Shown: positions 38,055 through 47,177 of the stretch, piece after piece | Position numbering within the stretch: position 1 is the stretch's first letter | Layout: each line of letters opens with the position of its first letter | Virus record (IMG/VR): IMGVR_UViG_3300016471_000988 | Span: 32,001 to 96,000 of that record | Strand: one strand, 5' to 3' | Length of the DNA: 64,000 bases | DNA from: a virus | The notes under the pieces: model-generated | What the model was told of the DNA's origin: nothing | The model's input: only the letters and a program-made list of their open reading frames with translations | The model's database searches: none | Position numbers and translations under genes: made by a program

Positions 38055-39863
38055 TCAACTTATTCCACTCTTAGTCAACGTAGTAATTCCATTGCATTTC
38101 TCTAGGCATATCATATTACCTGTAACAAACCTGGTACATTCTTTTCTATGTGTTATAACATAGACACCGTACATATTCTTAGCAACAAATTCATTGAGCA
38201 AGTTTAAAACCAAATCAACACCAGCTTCGTCTAAGCTAGTATCGAGCAATTCATCATAAAATTGAATATTATAATATATATTACCTTGTAGGCTCAGCAT
38301 ATCAATAAAGCTAAACATAATAGCGAGATCAATTACCTTTCTCTCAGCACCGCTGAAATTAAAATATGTTGTAAGTTTTCCTTTATCGTTTACTATTTGT
38401 TCCTCGAAATATTCATTAAATGAAATAACGGCGTTAGAATTTAATTTTTTAAGATAATATGTTATTTTACTATTAAAGAGTTTTAGAATTTTCTTCACGA
38501 TAAAACTCTTTACTCCTTCCTCGCTAACAATAAATTTTACTGTATCTAATAGATTTAAAACTTTTTGCAGGTTATCGAGCTTTTCCTTTGCAGCTGTAAA
38601 TTTCGCCTTAGCATCTTCAATAAGATTGGTAAGACCTGTGCTTGTATCAGTTAGATGTTGTAAATCCTGATTAACCTGCTCGTTGAGCTTTTTAAGCTGC
38701 GCAAGTTTACTCTTGTCGTTAACTAGCTGCTGGTCGGATAATTTACTATGATTAATATTATTTTGTCCTTTCTTTACAGCATCCTGTATTTTAGTCTTTA
38801 AGGTACTCAATTCAGATATTTTTGCTTCGTAATCTTTAATTTCCGTCTCTCTTAGCTTAATCTCCTTCTCATATTCTTGCTTTGTATGGCGGATATGGGT
38901 AATATCATGAGTGTCTATTGTGCGTAAACACGTAGGGCAAACATCCTTATCGGTGCCGATCTTAGACATTGAGGTGAACACTAATTCATTTTTTGTCTCT
39001 AATGTTGCGACCTGCTTACCAAGATCCTGTATCTTGGTATCGGTTTCAGATAACTTCTCTGTTAGCTTAGTCAAATTTTTTGTAATTTCCTCGACACTCA
39101 CAGGCTTATAGTTATTAATACTCTTCTCCAAGCTTTCGGCTTGCCGGTCATTGTCTCTCTGTCGATTGAGCAAGGTTTTTTTCCTATCTTCATATTCCTT
39201 ATGCTGTGTAGTCTGTTGCGCTGTAAGAGTGTTAATAGAATTCTCAATCTCCTCACTTCGCGCACTTTCAGTATCAAAGTCTTTTCTTACTGTTGATTGT
39301 TCCTCTCTTAACTGTGAGAGCATTTTACTAAAAATCTCTAGATTAAAAATACTCTCAATAAACTTTCTCTTTTCAGCTTTCTTCTTAGCCATAAAAGGAA
39401 CTGTATTATTGACCGTCATTACTACACAGTTTTGAAAGACCTCTGGGGTACATTGCAGTACTTGCATAATATAGTCTGTAGTATTAGCAATACTGTCTCT
39501 AGTTATATCCAAATCGTTATGATAAAGTGTACATCTGCTCGGTTCTAAAGTACGTATAATTTCATACGTTTCAACATTCTTATTACTTGCAGCCACGCTA
39601 AAAGATAGAGTAACTTCACACGTTTTACTTGTAATATTATTAATAATAAATTCTTTTTTTAATTCACGAAGTGTGGTTCCGAAAAGCGCAAAATGTAGCG
39701 CGTCGGTAATTGTGCTCTTACCAACACCGTTGCGTCTGTCCATTTGATCCTTATTAATACCGGTAATTCCATGAAGACCTGGTCTAAACTTTAAAACAAC
39801 TGGTGTATCCCCAACACTCAAAAAGTTTTTTATGGATAATTTATTAAAAAATATTTTCTTCAT
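38055..39863 (-). CDS. gp46: recombination endonuclease ATPase subunit gp46 (Rad50/SbcC-like)
   Basis: KNFLSVG, NGVGKST, CPTC hook, FSGAE, FYDELLD. Confidence 0.96.
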   Translation of the reverse strand: MKKIFFNKLSIKNFLSVGDTPVVLKFRPGLHGITGINKDQMDRRNGVGKSTITDALHFALFGTTLRELKKEFIINNITSKTCEVTLSFSVAASNKNVETYEIIRTLEPSRCTLYHNDLDITRDSIANTTDYIMQVLQCTPEVFQNCVVMTVNNTVPFMAKKKAEKRKFIESIFNLEIFSKMLSQLREEQSTVRKDFDTESARSEEIENSINTLTAQQTTQHKEYEDRKKTLLNRQRDNDRQAESLEKSINNYKPVSVEEITKNLTKLTEKLSETDTKIQDLGKQVATLETKNELVFTSMSKIGTDKDVCPTCLRTIDTHDITHIRHTKQEYEKEIKLRETEIKDYEAKISELSTLKTKIQDAVKKGQNNINHSKLSDQQLVNDKSKLAQLKKLNEQVNQDLQHLTDTSTGLTNLIEDAKAKFTAAKEKLDNLQKVLNLLDTVKFIVSEEGVKSFIVKKILKLFNSKITYYLKKLNSNAVISFNEYFEEQIVNDKGKLTTYFNFSGAERKVIDLAIMFSFIDMLSLQGNIYYNIQFYDELLDTSLDEAGVDLVLNLLNEFVAKNMYGVYVITHRKECTRFVTGNMICLEKCNGITTLTKSGIS

Positions 39864-40903
39864 TTACAATGATTGTACAGAGAAATAGTATACTCTGTTA
39901 TATCCTGCTTATTCTGTATATCGAGTAGATTAATAAATTCATTTATTGCTCTTGGTATATCCACACCGCTAAGATCTATTTCCTCTTGATTTGCAGCCCC
40001 AAACAAATCAAAATTAATTGCATTATCTATAACATAGCTATGTGGCTTAAGTGTGCCAATTTTTGTTGAAAGTCTATCTAAATCATTAGCAGAAATGGTT
40101 TTATCAACAACAAGCTTAACAATATTATTACCAAAAACCTCTTTACCCTTATTGTGAAAGTCCTTTATTTTTATTAGATCGGATAGATTTATTTTTATAT
40201 GCCGGGGTGAAAGAGTATTTTCGTAAAATTGATATGTAAGGTCATTAAAATCAAGAATATAATAGCCCTTTGTTGTGCCTTCATCACCAAAATCAAGCTC
40301 AAAAGGTGAACCTACATACAATATAGTGCCTTTACTATACTTACGTTCTTCTCTATGATGAAAATGCCCTGATACTATTAGACTAGCCTTTCCGAGCAAA
40401 TCACCTGATTTAAACCCATGGTCGCATATTTTATATGAGTTCATTTTAAAACTCTCAATTTCAAAATGACCAAATATTACATCAGACTCTGGAATAGTTT
40501 CAACTGCAGTTCCCCACGGTGCGAAAAAACATTCTTTACCAAAAAACTGTATAGAAGTTGGCTTATCTATCACCTCAATATTTTTTCTACCACTAAAAAT
40601 TCTTATACTGTTAACGCTACAATTATTTTTATAAAATGAATCGTGGTTACCGGCAATCATATAGATTTTTAAGTCTTTAAATAAGTCTAGTAATTCACCA
40701 GCCTGGTGTAAGGTGTTGACGGTTATTTCATTACGATTATGAAAGAAGTCACCGCAAAATATAACCTCCTCAATGTTTTTATCTTGTAAATCTGCAACAT
40801 ACCACTTAGCCCAATTTTGCGACACCTCATGCCACGCTGGGCTATTCATATGAACGCCAAGATGGATATCGGAAAAGATAGCTACTTTACGAGAATTAGG
40901 CAT
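39860..40903 (-). CDS. gp47: recombination nuclease subunit gp47 (Mre11/SbcD-like)
   Basis: SDIHLG, CGDFF, GNHD, GHFE, SGHFH; start moved to MPNSRK at 40903. Confidence 0.95.
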   Translation of the reverse strand: MPNSRKVAIFSDIHLGVHMNSPAWHEVSQNWAKWYVADLQDKNIEEVIFCGDFFHNRNEITVNTLHQAGELLDLFKDLKIYMIAGNHDSFYKNNCSVNSIRIFSGRKNIEVIDKPTSIQFFGKECFFAPWGTAVETIPESDVIFGHFEIESFKMNSYKICDHGFKSGDLLGKASLIVSGHFHHREERKYSKGTILYVGSPFELDFGDEGTTKGYYILDFNDLTYQFYENTLSPRHIKINLSDLIKIKDFHNKGKEVFGNNIVKLVVDKTISANDLDRLSTKIGTLKPHSYVIDNAINFDLFGAANQEEIDLSGVDIPRAINEFINLLDIQNKQDITEYTISLYNHCK

Positions 40904-41495
40904 TACTCTCATTATAACCGCTATTATCAAGGGCTCCAGCTGCTTCTTGTGTATAGACACGTACGCCTGACTCGTCTTCGTTTTGATTAATAAGGCTGCT
41001 ATAATTTCTTTCGCGATAATCTGCGATAAGCTGGTGATGCTTTTTTTCCTTTTTAATACGACTAATAAAAGCATGGAACGCTATCGTAGTGAAGTAACTG
41101 AAGGGGCTAAACCCGTGGTCAAGCTTAAACTTTTTATATTTTAAAGCCTGGTACATCTTAACCACAGCATCACCAATCATTTCATCGCGATAACTATAGT
41201 TAATGAAATTTGGTGCAAATGATAAGCCATACGCGATGCGTCTTATCGAATCAGCCAAATACTCTGTCATTTTATCCGTCTTGTAGTACTGTCTTATTTC
41301 ATCTTCAAACTGCTTACTATTTACATAATGCGGCTTTTCATGAGGCTTTAGCTTTCTACTGGCAGGTGCTTGATTTTCACCAGTCAGAGACGCCACAATA
41401 GATGAAACTATCTTCTGTTCGTCAGGAAGCAGATTGTCTGCTTTAGACTTTTTCGAAGATTTTTTTTGTTTGGTAGGGGATGGTTTCTTGATCAT
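40896..41495 (-). CDS. gp55: late-transcription sigma factor gp55
   Basis: HYVN...IAYGLS..PNFINYSYRDEMIGDA...PFSYFTTIAFHAF..RI.KEK. Confidence 0.92.
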   Translation of the reverse strand: MIKKPSPTKQKKSSKKSKADNLLPDEQKIVSSIVASLTGENQAPASRKLKPHEKPHYVNSKQFEDEIRQYYKTDKMTEYLADSIRRIAYGLSFAPNFINYSYRDEMIGDAVVKMYQALKYKKFKLDHGFSPFSYFTTIAFHAFISRIKKEKKHHQLIADYRERNYSSLINQNEDESGVRVYTQEAAGALDNSGYNESNA

Positions 41496-42924
41496 AAAGT
41501 GTTTGTCTTTTTAGTTGATGACGCTTTCCGTACGTAAATTGATCTGCAATGTCGATAATATATAACCTATCTTTCGTTTCATGTAGACGTAGCCCGCGGC
41601 CAATACTCTGTATAGTTCGTACCTTAGCTTTACCGCCACCGGCAAAAACAATAAAATGTAAGTTCTTAATATTAACACCGGTACTGAATATTTTACTTAT
41701 AGCTATACAAACTATATTATTATGTTTTTCCATTAGCTGCCTGACCTTATTGCGATCTTCGACTTCGACTTCACCTCTAATAAAAAATATCTGCTTTCTA
41801 TTACAACATGTTGTTAAGTAAGTATATAGCGCTTCTCCATGCTTAATGTAGTCAATTAAAATCAGTACATTGTTCGGTGCGTTGTTTGCCACAGCGGCAA
41901 TTGTTTTATTTCTAAATGTATTTTCAAAGAGAAACTCGAGTTCGGTTCTGTATTTTTCTGATGGGTTAAAACTTTCTTTTGGTTCAGGTGGTGAGACACT
42001 ATAGTGCAGTTCTAATATATTAGCTGTGACATTGCTTATATAATTTTCCTTTCGTAATTGAAAACTGTTTTTCTCATATATAACAGGTCCAATCTTACCT
42101 ATAATATTCCATTGATCTAATTTATCTTCTGGTAAAGTTCCAGTAAATCCAAAGCGCAACTGAGTTTTAATCTCTTTTAAGATATTATTTACCTTATTTC
42201 CACGACGGACTTTATGAACTTCATCAACAATAACAAAATCAATATTCTCAAGCCAGGATAAATCTGAATTTTCAGATTGTAAGATTCCTAGATTTGCTAT
42301 TACCACATTAGCTGCTCCAACATTATCGTTATCTAGAGGCTGCTTACCAGTCCATTTACGAGAAATAAAGGGCGAATTATATGAATTAAAGTCAGTAAAA
42401 GTTTGCTCTACTAACCCTAAATCCGGGACAATAAGTAAGCACTTAAAATTATTTTTCATGTGAAAGAAGTTTGAAAGCAGTGAAGCCATTATTAAAGTCT
42501 TACCACCGGCTGTTGCCAGCACAACCGTACCGCGGCCTGCCTCTAGACATTTAGTCACTATTGCTTTTTGATAATCACGAAGCTTCAAATTCAAATTGTC
42601 ATACGCTTGACTTGTATAGTGAATGTTGGTGTGGAGAGTAGTAGGTGCAGGCAATATATAATTTAAAAAGTCTTTTGATGCTCTTATTTCATCTTGATGG
42701 CAATAGTTATTTTGTAATAAAAATTTAGTAATCTCGAAAAACATGCACGGGTCTAATCGACCCCCTGGTGTAATAGCGTATGTACGAGCAGGGATAAACC
42801 GCCCACGCATACGCGCAAAACGGGCCCCTTCATTCTTAACAGAAAAATGTTCTCTTATATCATTAATATGATCGCCAGTTATAGTACCGTATTTTTTACT
42901 TTTATCTAAATCAAAATATACCAT
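41443..42924 (-). CDS. uvsW: SF2 DNA helicase UvsW
   Basis: LRDYQ, ATAGGKT, VDEVH, GFTGT, FSTGVNIKNLH, QSIGRGLR. Confidence 0.94.
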   Translation of the reverse strand: MVYFDLDKSKKYGTITGDHINDIREHFSVKNEGARFARMRGRFIPARTYAITPGGRLDPCMFFEITKFLLQNNYCHQDEIRASKDFLNYILPAPTTLHTNIHYTSQAYDNLNLKLRDYQKAIVTKCLEAGRGTVVLATAGGKTLIMASLLSNFFHMKNNFKCLLIVPDLGLVEQTFTDFNSYNSPFISRKWTGKQPLDNDNVGAANVVIANLGILQSENSDLSWLENIDFVIVDEVHKVRRGNKVNNILKEIKTQLRFGFTGTLPEDKLDQWNIIGKIGPVIYEKNSFQLRKENYISNVTANILELHYSVSPPEPKESFNPSEKYRTELEFLFENTFRNKTIAAVANNAPNNVLILIDYIKHGEALYTYLTTCCNRKQIFFIRGEVEVEDRNKVRQLMEKHNNIVCIAISKIFSTGVNIKNLHFIVFAGGGKAKVRTIQSIGRGLRLHETKDRLYIIDIADQFTYGKRHQLKRQTLYDQETIPYQTKKIFEKV

Positions 42925-43319
42925 TATGCTGTCTCCATTTTAATAAGTTCTATTAAATTCTTTACATCAAAACTAATACTGTGAATAGTCTTTTCTACTC
43001 GTTCTAAAAAATCAATAATACTTTTTTGACCAGCTATCTCCTCTTCTACTGCAATTACAGCGGGGTGCTTTTCCGCAGCACGCTCTAATGTTGGTAGATT
43101 AAGCTTAATAGGTGATTCGTTCTTAATTTGCTCAACAGCGGTCTTAATAATATCATTTTTCTTTTTATGTAGTTTGTTAAGGTTTGTCTTCTCTATCATC
43201 AACCGCGATACCCATTTAGCTTTTTTTGCAGGTAAGGTTAGTGCTGCGTCTTTTAAGTTTAATTCCTCAAGAGCAACATCCACTGATAATTCCTGTACAT
43301 ATTTCTCTAGAACCGTCAT
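42924..43319 (-). CDS. UvsY-like recombination mediator
   Basis: 131 aa helical protein directly upstream of uvsW; ends ...SFDVKNLIE. Confidence 0.65.
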   Translation of the reverse strand: MTVLEKYVQELSVDVALEELNLKDAALTLPAKKAKWVSRLMIEKTNLNKLHKKKNDIIKTAVEQIKNESPIKLNLPTLERAAEKHPAVIAVEEEIAGQKSIIDFLERVEKTIHSISFDVKNLIELIKMETA

Positions 43320-43325
43320 AAATAC

Positions 43326-43353
43326 AGTATACTATAAGTACTTAAAAAATCAA
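43326..43353 (-). promoter_or_regulatory. sigma70-like promoter (uvsY-uvsW-gp55-gp47-gp46 operon)
   Basis: TTGATT-N16-TATACT-N6-ATG. Confidence 0.85.
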
Positions 43354-43356
43354 TAT

Positions 43357-43569
43357 ATGAAGTCGTTCAAACAATACGTTATAGAAATGAATGTCGCGGG
43401 CGCAGGCGGTGTATTTGGCAGCGGAGCAAGCATGGGTCATGGTGGGTCATTCAATAATGCTGATTTTTATGCGCCTGGGGATACAAGAGTGCCTGTAGCT
43501 TTAGGAGCTAGGAAAGTCGGCAAAAAAAAGAAACCAGTTGTACAGAGAAGACCTTTAGTAAGTAATTGA
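43357..43569 (+). CDS. small Gly-rich late protein with capsid-targeting-like N-terminus
   Basis: MKSFKQYVIEMNVAGAGG...; ORF-track start 43174 is antisense to uvsY and is rejected. Confidence 0.7.
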   Translation: MKSFKQYVIEMNVAGAGGVFGSGASMGHGGSFNNADFYAPGDTRVPVALGARKVGKKKKPVVQRRPLVSN

Positions 43570-43985
43570 TGGAATTAGGTCACTGGCGGCTATCACCCGG
43601 TGTAGTTATAACAGAAAATACGTTTGGGTTTATCTACGAAATCTGCAATACTGTTACAGGAAGAAAATACATAGGTAAAAAACAATGTCTTACTAAATTA
43701 AAGCGCAAGCCACTAAAAGGTAAAAAGAATAGACGTATAGAAATAATTGAAACGGATTGGCAAACATACACCGGGTCGTCAAAAGAGCTTAACGAGGATA
43801 TAGTAAAATACGGTAAACAGGCCTTTAGTTTTACAATACTAAAAGCTTGTGGATCAAAATGGGAGCTAGGTTACAGAGAAATAAAGGAACAAATAGAGCG
43901 AGATGTTATTCTTAGGGAAGACTACTATAACGGTATTTTAAATGTAAGAATAGGCACCCCGCCTAAGGATTTTAAGCTTGATTAA
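43569..43985 (+). CDS. GIY-YIG family nuclease
   Basis: GFIY...KYIG, later E and YYN motifs. Confidence 0.85.
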   Translation: MELGHWRLSPGVVITENTFGFIYEICNTVTGRKYIGKKQCLTKLKRKPLKGKKNRRIEIIETDWQTYTGSSKELNEDIVKYGKQAFSFTILKACGSKWELGYREIKEQIERDVILREDYYNGILNVRIGTPPKDFKLD

Positions 43986-44011
43986 GTTAAAATTTAGTTT
44001 ATAAAAGTAAG

Positions 44012-44545
44012 GTGAGGTATAGTAAAAAAGTCGACGAGGCAAATATTAGAATAATTGATCTTAAGCTTGCTGTGCTTGATGAAATCGAGCCGCTAGTCGA
44101 CGAGGACCGTTATAAATTTAACCTTGCACAAAATTCTAGACTTTTAAAAAATTTTATCTTCTATAGACTTAGCGATTTTGTTTTAAAAACCATGGAAAAT
44201 TCAGTTGGTACTAAAGTTGTATTTTACATTACGCCGGACTTCAATCTAACCGTTTTACAGGAATATAGTAACTATACTAGAGCGGCGTTTGTGCAGATTG
44301 CTAGCGTATTAGCGCTAAATGTAATGATAGGTAAGACACATACATCACAGTTTCTTGCTACTTTAATCTCTCAGTCAGGTGAAGGCAAAGAGGCAAGAAA
44401 TAGACTACATTTTACCTTGAATAGGACTAAAAATCCTCCTAATTTACCACGCTTTAACAAACTCTTGCGTAAATACAATATACATAAGCTTGAAGGGGAT
44501 ATAAATAATAATTATAAAGTAAAATTAGGTTTATTTGTAGCATAA
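44012..44545 (+). CDS. hypothetical early protein
   Basis: GTG 6 nt after TTGATT-N16-TATAAA. Confidence 0.75.
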   Translation: MRYSKKVDEANIRIIDLKLAVLDEIEPLVDEDRYKFNLAQNSRLLKNFIFYRLSDFVLKTMENSVGTKVVFYITPDFNLTVLQEYSNYTRAAFVQIASVLALNVMIGKTHTSQFLATLISQSGEGKEARNRLHFTLNRTKNPPNLPRFNKLLRKYNIHKLEGDINNNYKVKLGLFVA

Positions 44546-44554
44546 ATATTGTAT

Positions 44555-44980
44555 ATGAAGTTCTTAGAAAAGCTTAAAGAACATTACCAGACATTGGGGG
44601 TAGAAGTTCCTGATTGGCTTAATGAAGCTGAAGTGACGGGATCACCAATCGGCGGTGCTACACCTGGCAGTACACCTCAAGCGGGTCAGCAGCCTTCCGT
44701 TGTTGGTCAATTCATGAAAGCTGTTGAAGTTATGGGTGATGATCCTGATGTTCAAAAACTAAAAGCTACAGTAACACAAAAAGTAACGGACGCAAAAAAA
44801 GTATTTACAGATACCGGTACAAAGGTCGTTGACACTATTGACAAGGCTATGCAAGGATTGAATAATATAGCTGGTTCTGCTGGTGCAGCTACAGCAACAA
44901 CAGCGAGTAATATTGCTGCAAATGCAGCTGCAGGAGCCGCAAATGCGGGTACAGCAGTAGGTCAAGTAGGCGTAAAATGA
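44555..44980 (+). CDS. Ala/Gly-rich late protein, candidate head-internal protein
   Basis: ATG 6 nt after ATAAATA; MKFLEKLKE...LNEAE. Confidence 0.8.
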   Translation: MKFLEKLKEHYQTLGVEVPDWLNEAEVTGSPIGGATPGSTPQAGQQPSVVGQFMKAVEVMGDDPDVQKLKATVTQKVTDAKKVFTDTGTKVVDTIDKAMQGLNNIAGSAGAATATTASNIAANAAAGAANAGTAVGQVGVK

Positions 44981-45333
44981 AATTTTTAAACCTTATTAAT
45001 AACAAGTTCAAGGAATTGAATGAACAAGTACCAGGAGAAGTGCCTGGGCTAGGGCCAACAGATCCTATGGCTCCTGCTCCAGCACCGGTGCCGCCTCCCG
45101 CTGCAGGCCCGGCTCCTGAGGCAGGTCCAAAGCCTCTCTCACCTGAAGGTGAAGTATTTTTAGTAAGATTATTAAAAAAGGCTTTGTTTTTAAACCCTGG
45201 CGATATTGATGAAAAAATGTTGAAAGATTTGCCTGAAATTAATGAAACCAATGCATCTGAAGTACTTAATTCAATTGTTGAGATAATGAAGAAGTACTCT
45301 AATAGTATTGATGTAGATACTGAAAATAAATAA
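44977..45333 (+). CDS. Pro-rich late protein, candidate head-internal protein
   Basis: MKFLNLINNKFKELNEQ; coupled by an ATGA overlap. Confidence 0.8.
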   Translation: MKFLNLINNKFKELNEQVPGEVPGLGPTDPMAPAPAPVPPPAAGPAPEAGPKPLSPEGEVFLVRLLKKALFLNPGDIDEKMLKDLPEINETNASEVLNSIVEIMKKYSNSIDVDTENK

Positions 45334-45340
45334 ATAACTT

Positions 45341-46567
45341 GTGGATTACAAGAGTTTAAAGGACATTTACACTGAAGCTGTAAATGGTAAGATGGTCCCT
45401 CCGCTACCGAGACAAGCTGTCCGCCTGCTTATTAAAGAGGAAGACGACTCTGTTAAGGTATATAAGCAAGAGCAAGATGACCCTGCAACGCTCGAAGGTG
45501 AAGTCGATAAAGAGTATTATAATGATGTAATATCGCCTGCAATAAACCGTGGCGGCGATTACAAACTATCAAAAATAGTTAAAGAGCGTCTCGTTGACGC
45601 ACATTGTTATACAGATAAAAATTACAACATGTTAGTAGATTTTTTTCAGGCGCAAAACATAACAATAACTGAAGGATTATTTACAGATTGTCAGCGAATT
45701 TTTCTTAGTAAAATAAATGCAAATGAAAATAGCTTTCAATTTATGGATGTGTTGGCTGAAGCATTAAACGCAAACGGCCAAAGTATAGATGGGAGGACGC
45801 TAGCGGGATATGATAAGGTTACTGAATTGTATGATATGCTTGCTACAGACAAGCCAGCAAGCGCTGATAGAAGTCAGAATGCAGGGCCAGGTGAAGTGTT
45901 TATTGCATTCTTTACGAAGGGCAAAAAACTATCATTTAAAGGTTCGGAAAAAACAGAAGAAGAAGCGAAGGGCGATATTGAGGTTGGAGGATTAAGAATG
46001 GAGTTAAAAGGTGTGGATGGTAGATTAAAGGTTCCTAATTTATCCTACGATCTATCACCAGAAAAGGGCTTCAAAGACTTAATAAAAAAAGGACCTCTAG
46101 AACAAATAAGATACATAGCCCTCGGTAGTCACAGTAGCGCAGCACAAATTTTTAAACCTTTTGAAAAGGAGGTTATTAGCTTGGTCTCGGATAGACCAAC
46201 ACTCGAAACGCGGCAAGACTGGACACTAGCGCGTGATATTGGTGGTTACATTACGTTTAAAATCTATGCAGAACAAAACCGATTAAACGCGTTTTTGATT
46301 GTTGATAAATACTCTGGCGGTGGGTTGGTATGTATACCGGTTAAATATAACCCAGGTAATACACTTACAGATATTAAAAACAATATAAAAGGAAGATTCT
46401 ACCTACAACTTGACAGAAAAGGAGCTAAAGTTAAGATTGGAAAGAGACCTGAAACACCGTCACAGTCTACACCAGCTGTTGAGCCTGTGCCGCAGTCAGC
46501 GGTCATGTCGCCTCCGTTAGCTCCGACTACACAAGAGCAACCGGAGATAGACAATGCTAACCTATAA
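45341..46567 (+). CDS. PD-(D/E)xK nuclease-like late protein
   Basis: GPGE...GDIEV...MELKG; GTG 4 nt after ATAAATA. Confidence 0.65.
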   Translation: MDYKSLKDIYTEAVNGKMVPPLPRQAVRLLIKEEDDSVKVYKQEQDDPATLEGEVDKEYYNDVISPAINRGGDYKLSKIVKERLVDAHCYTDKNYNMLVDFFQAQNITITEGLFTDCQRIFLSKINANENSFQFMDVLAEALNANGQSIDGRTLAGYDKVTELYDMLATDKPASADRSQNAGPGEVFIAFFTKGKKLSFKGSEKTEEEAKGDIEVGGLRMELKGVDGRLKVPNLSYDLSPEKGFKDLIKKGPLEQIRYIALGSHSSAAQIFKPFEKEVISLVSDRPTLETRQDWTLARDIGGYITFKIYAEQNRLNAFLIVDKYSGGGLVCIPVKYNPGNTLTDIKNNIKGRFYLQLDRKGAKVKIGKRPETPSQSTPAVEPVPQSAVMSPPLAPTTQEQPEIDNANL

Positions 46568-47177
46568 ACTTTTTCTTGAGCAAAGCTCCACTAGAATAAT
46601 CGGTCTTTTTCCCGGTGCATTTAAGCCGCCGCATAAAGGACATTTTGCAACTGCGCTAAACGCGGCTAAAAATAATAATGATGTTTTTATCCTAGTATCT
46701 TCAACAGACCGTGATGGCATCTCTTCAACTGATTCCCTGACAATTTGGAATATTTATAAAAAATATTTACCAAAAAATATTCGAATATACTTAATACCAG
46801 GTTCACCAGTATTAGCTATCTATCAAACTGTAGATATATTGAACAATGGTAAATTTAGCGCTACACAAAAAGTGCCGCTACCTATGCCTGTAGCTGCGGA
46901 ACTGGCAGAGGAAATCAAGCAAACTGGAAATAAGTTTAAAATTAATCTTTACACAGGCGGGGAGGATGCCGCCCGGTTTGATGCGTTTCAAAAAAACACA
47001 CCAATTTATGCTGGAAAAGATGTTATTGAGATAAAGCAGCAAAACGTATCGCGCATAGCATCAGCAACGGACGCGCGTGCAGCTTTGAAAGAGAAGAATT
47101 ATGATAAATTTAGACAAGTAATGCCAGATATAACTAAGGAAAATAAAATTGCTATATACAAAATGCTAGTAAAATGA
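46554..47177 (+). CDS. HxGH (cytidylyltransferase-like) nucleotidyltransferase
   Basis: LFPGAFKPPHKGH and C-terminal SATDAR motif. Confidence 0.88.
   Translation: MLTYKLFLEQSSTRIIGLFPGAFKPPHKGHFATALNAAKNNNDVFILVSSTDRDGISSTDSLTIWNIYKKYLPKNIRIYLIPGSPVLAIYQTVDILNNGKFSATQKVPLPMPVAAELAEEIKQTGNKFKINLYTGGEDAARFDAFQKNTPIYAGKDVIEIKQQNVSRIASATDARAALKEKNYDKFRQVMPDITKENKIAIYKMLVK

Noticed and set aside
43569-43985. GIY-YIG gene as a mobile homing endonuclease
   Set aside because: Only about 138 aa, no extra DNA-binding domains, not inside an intron or a conserved gene; more likely a resident nuclease
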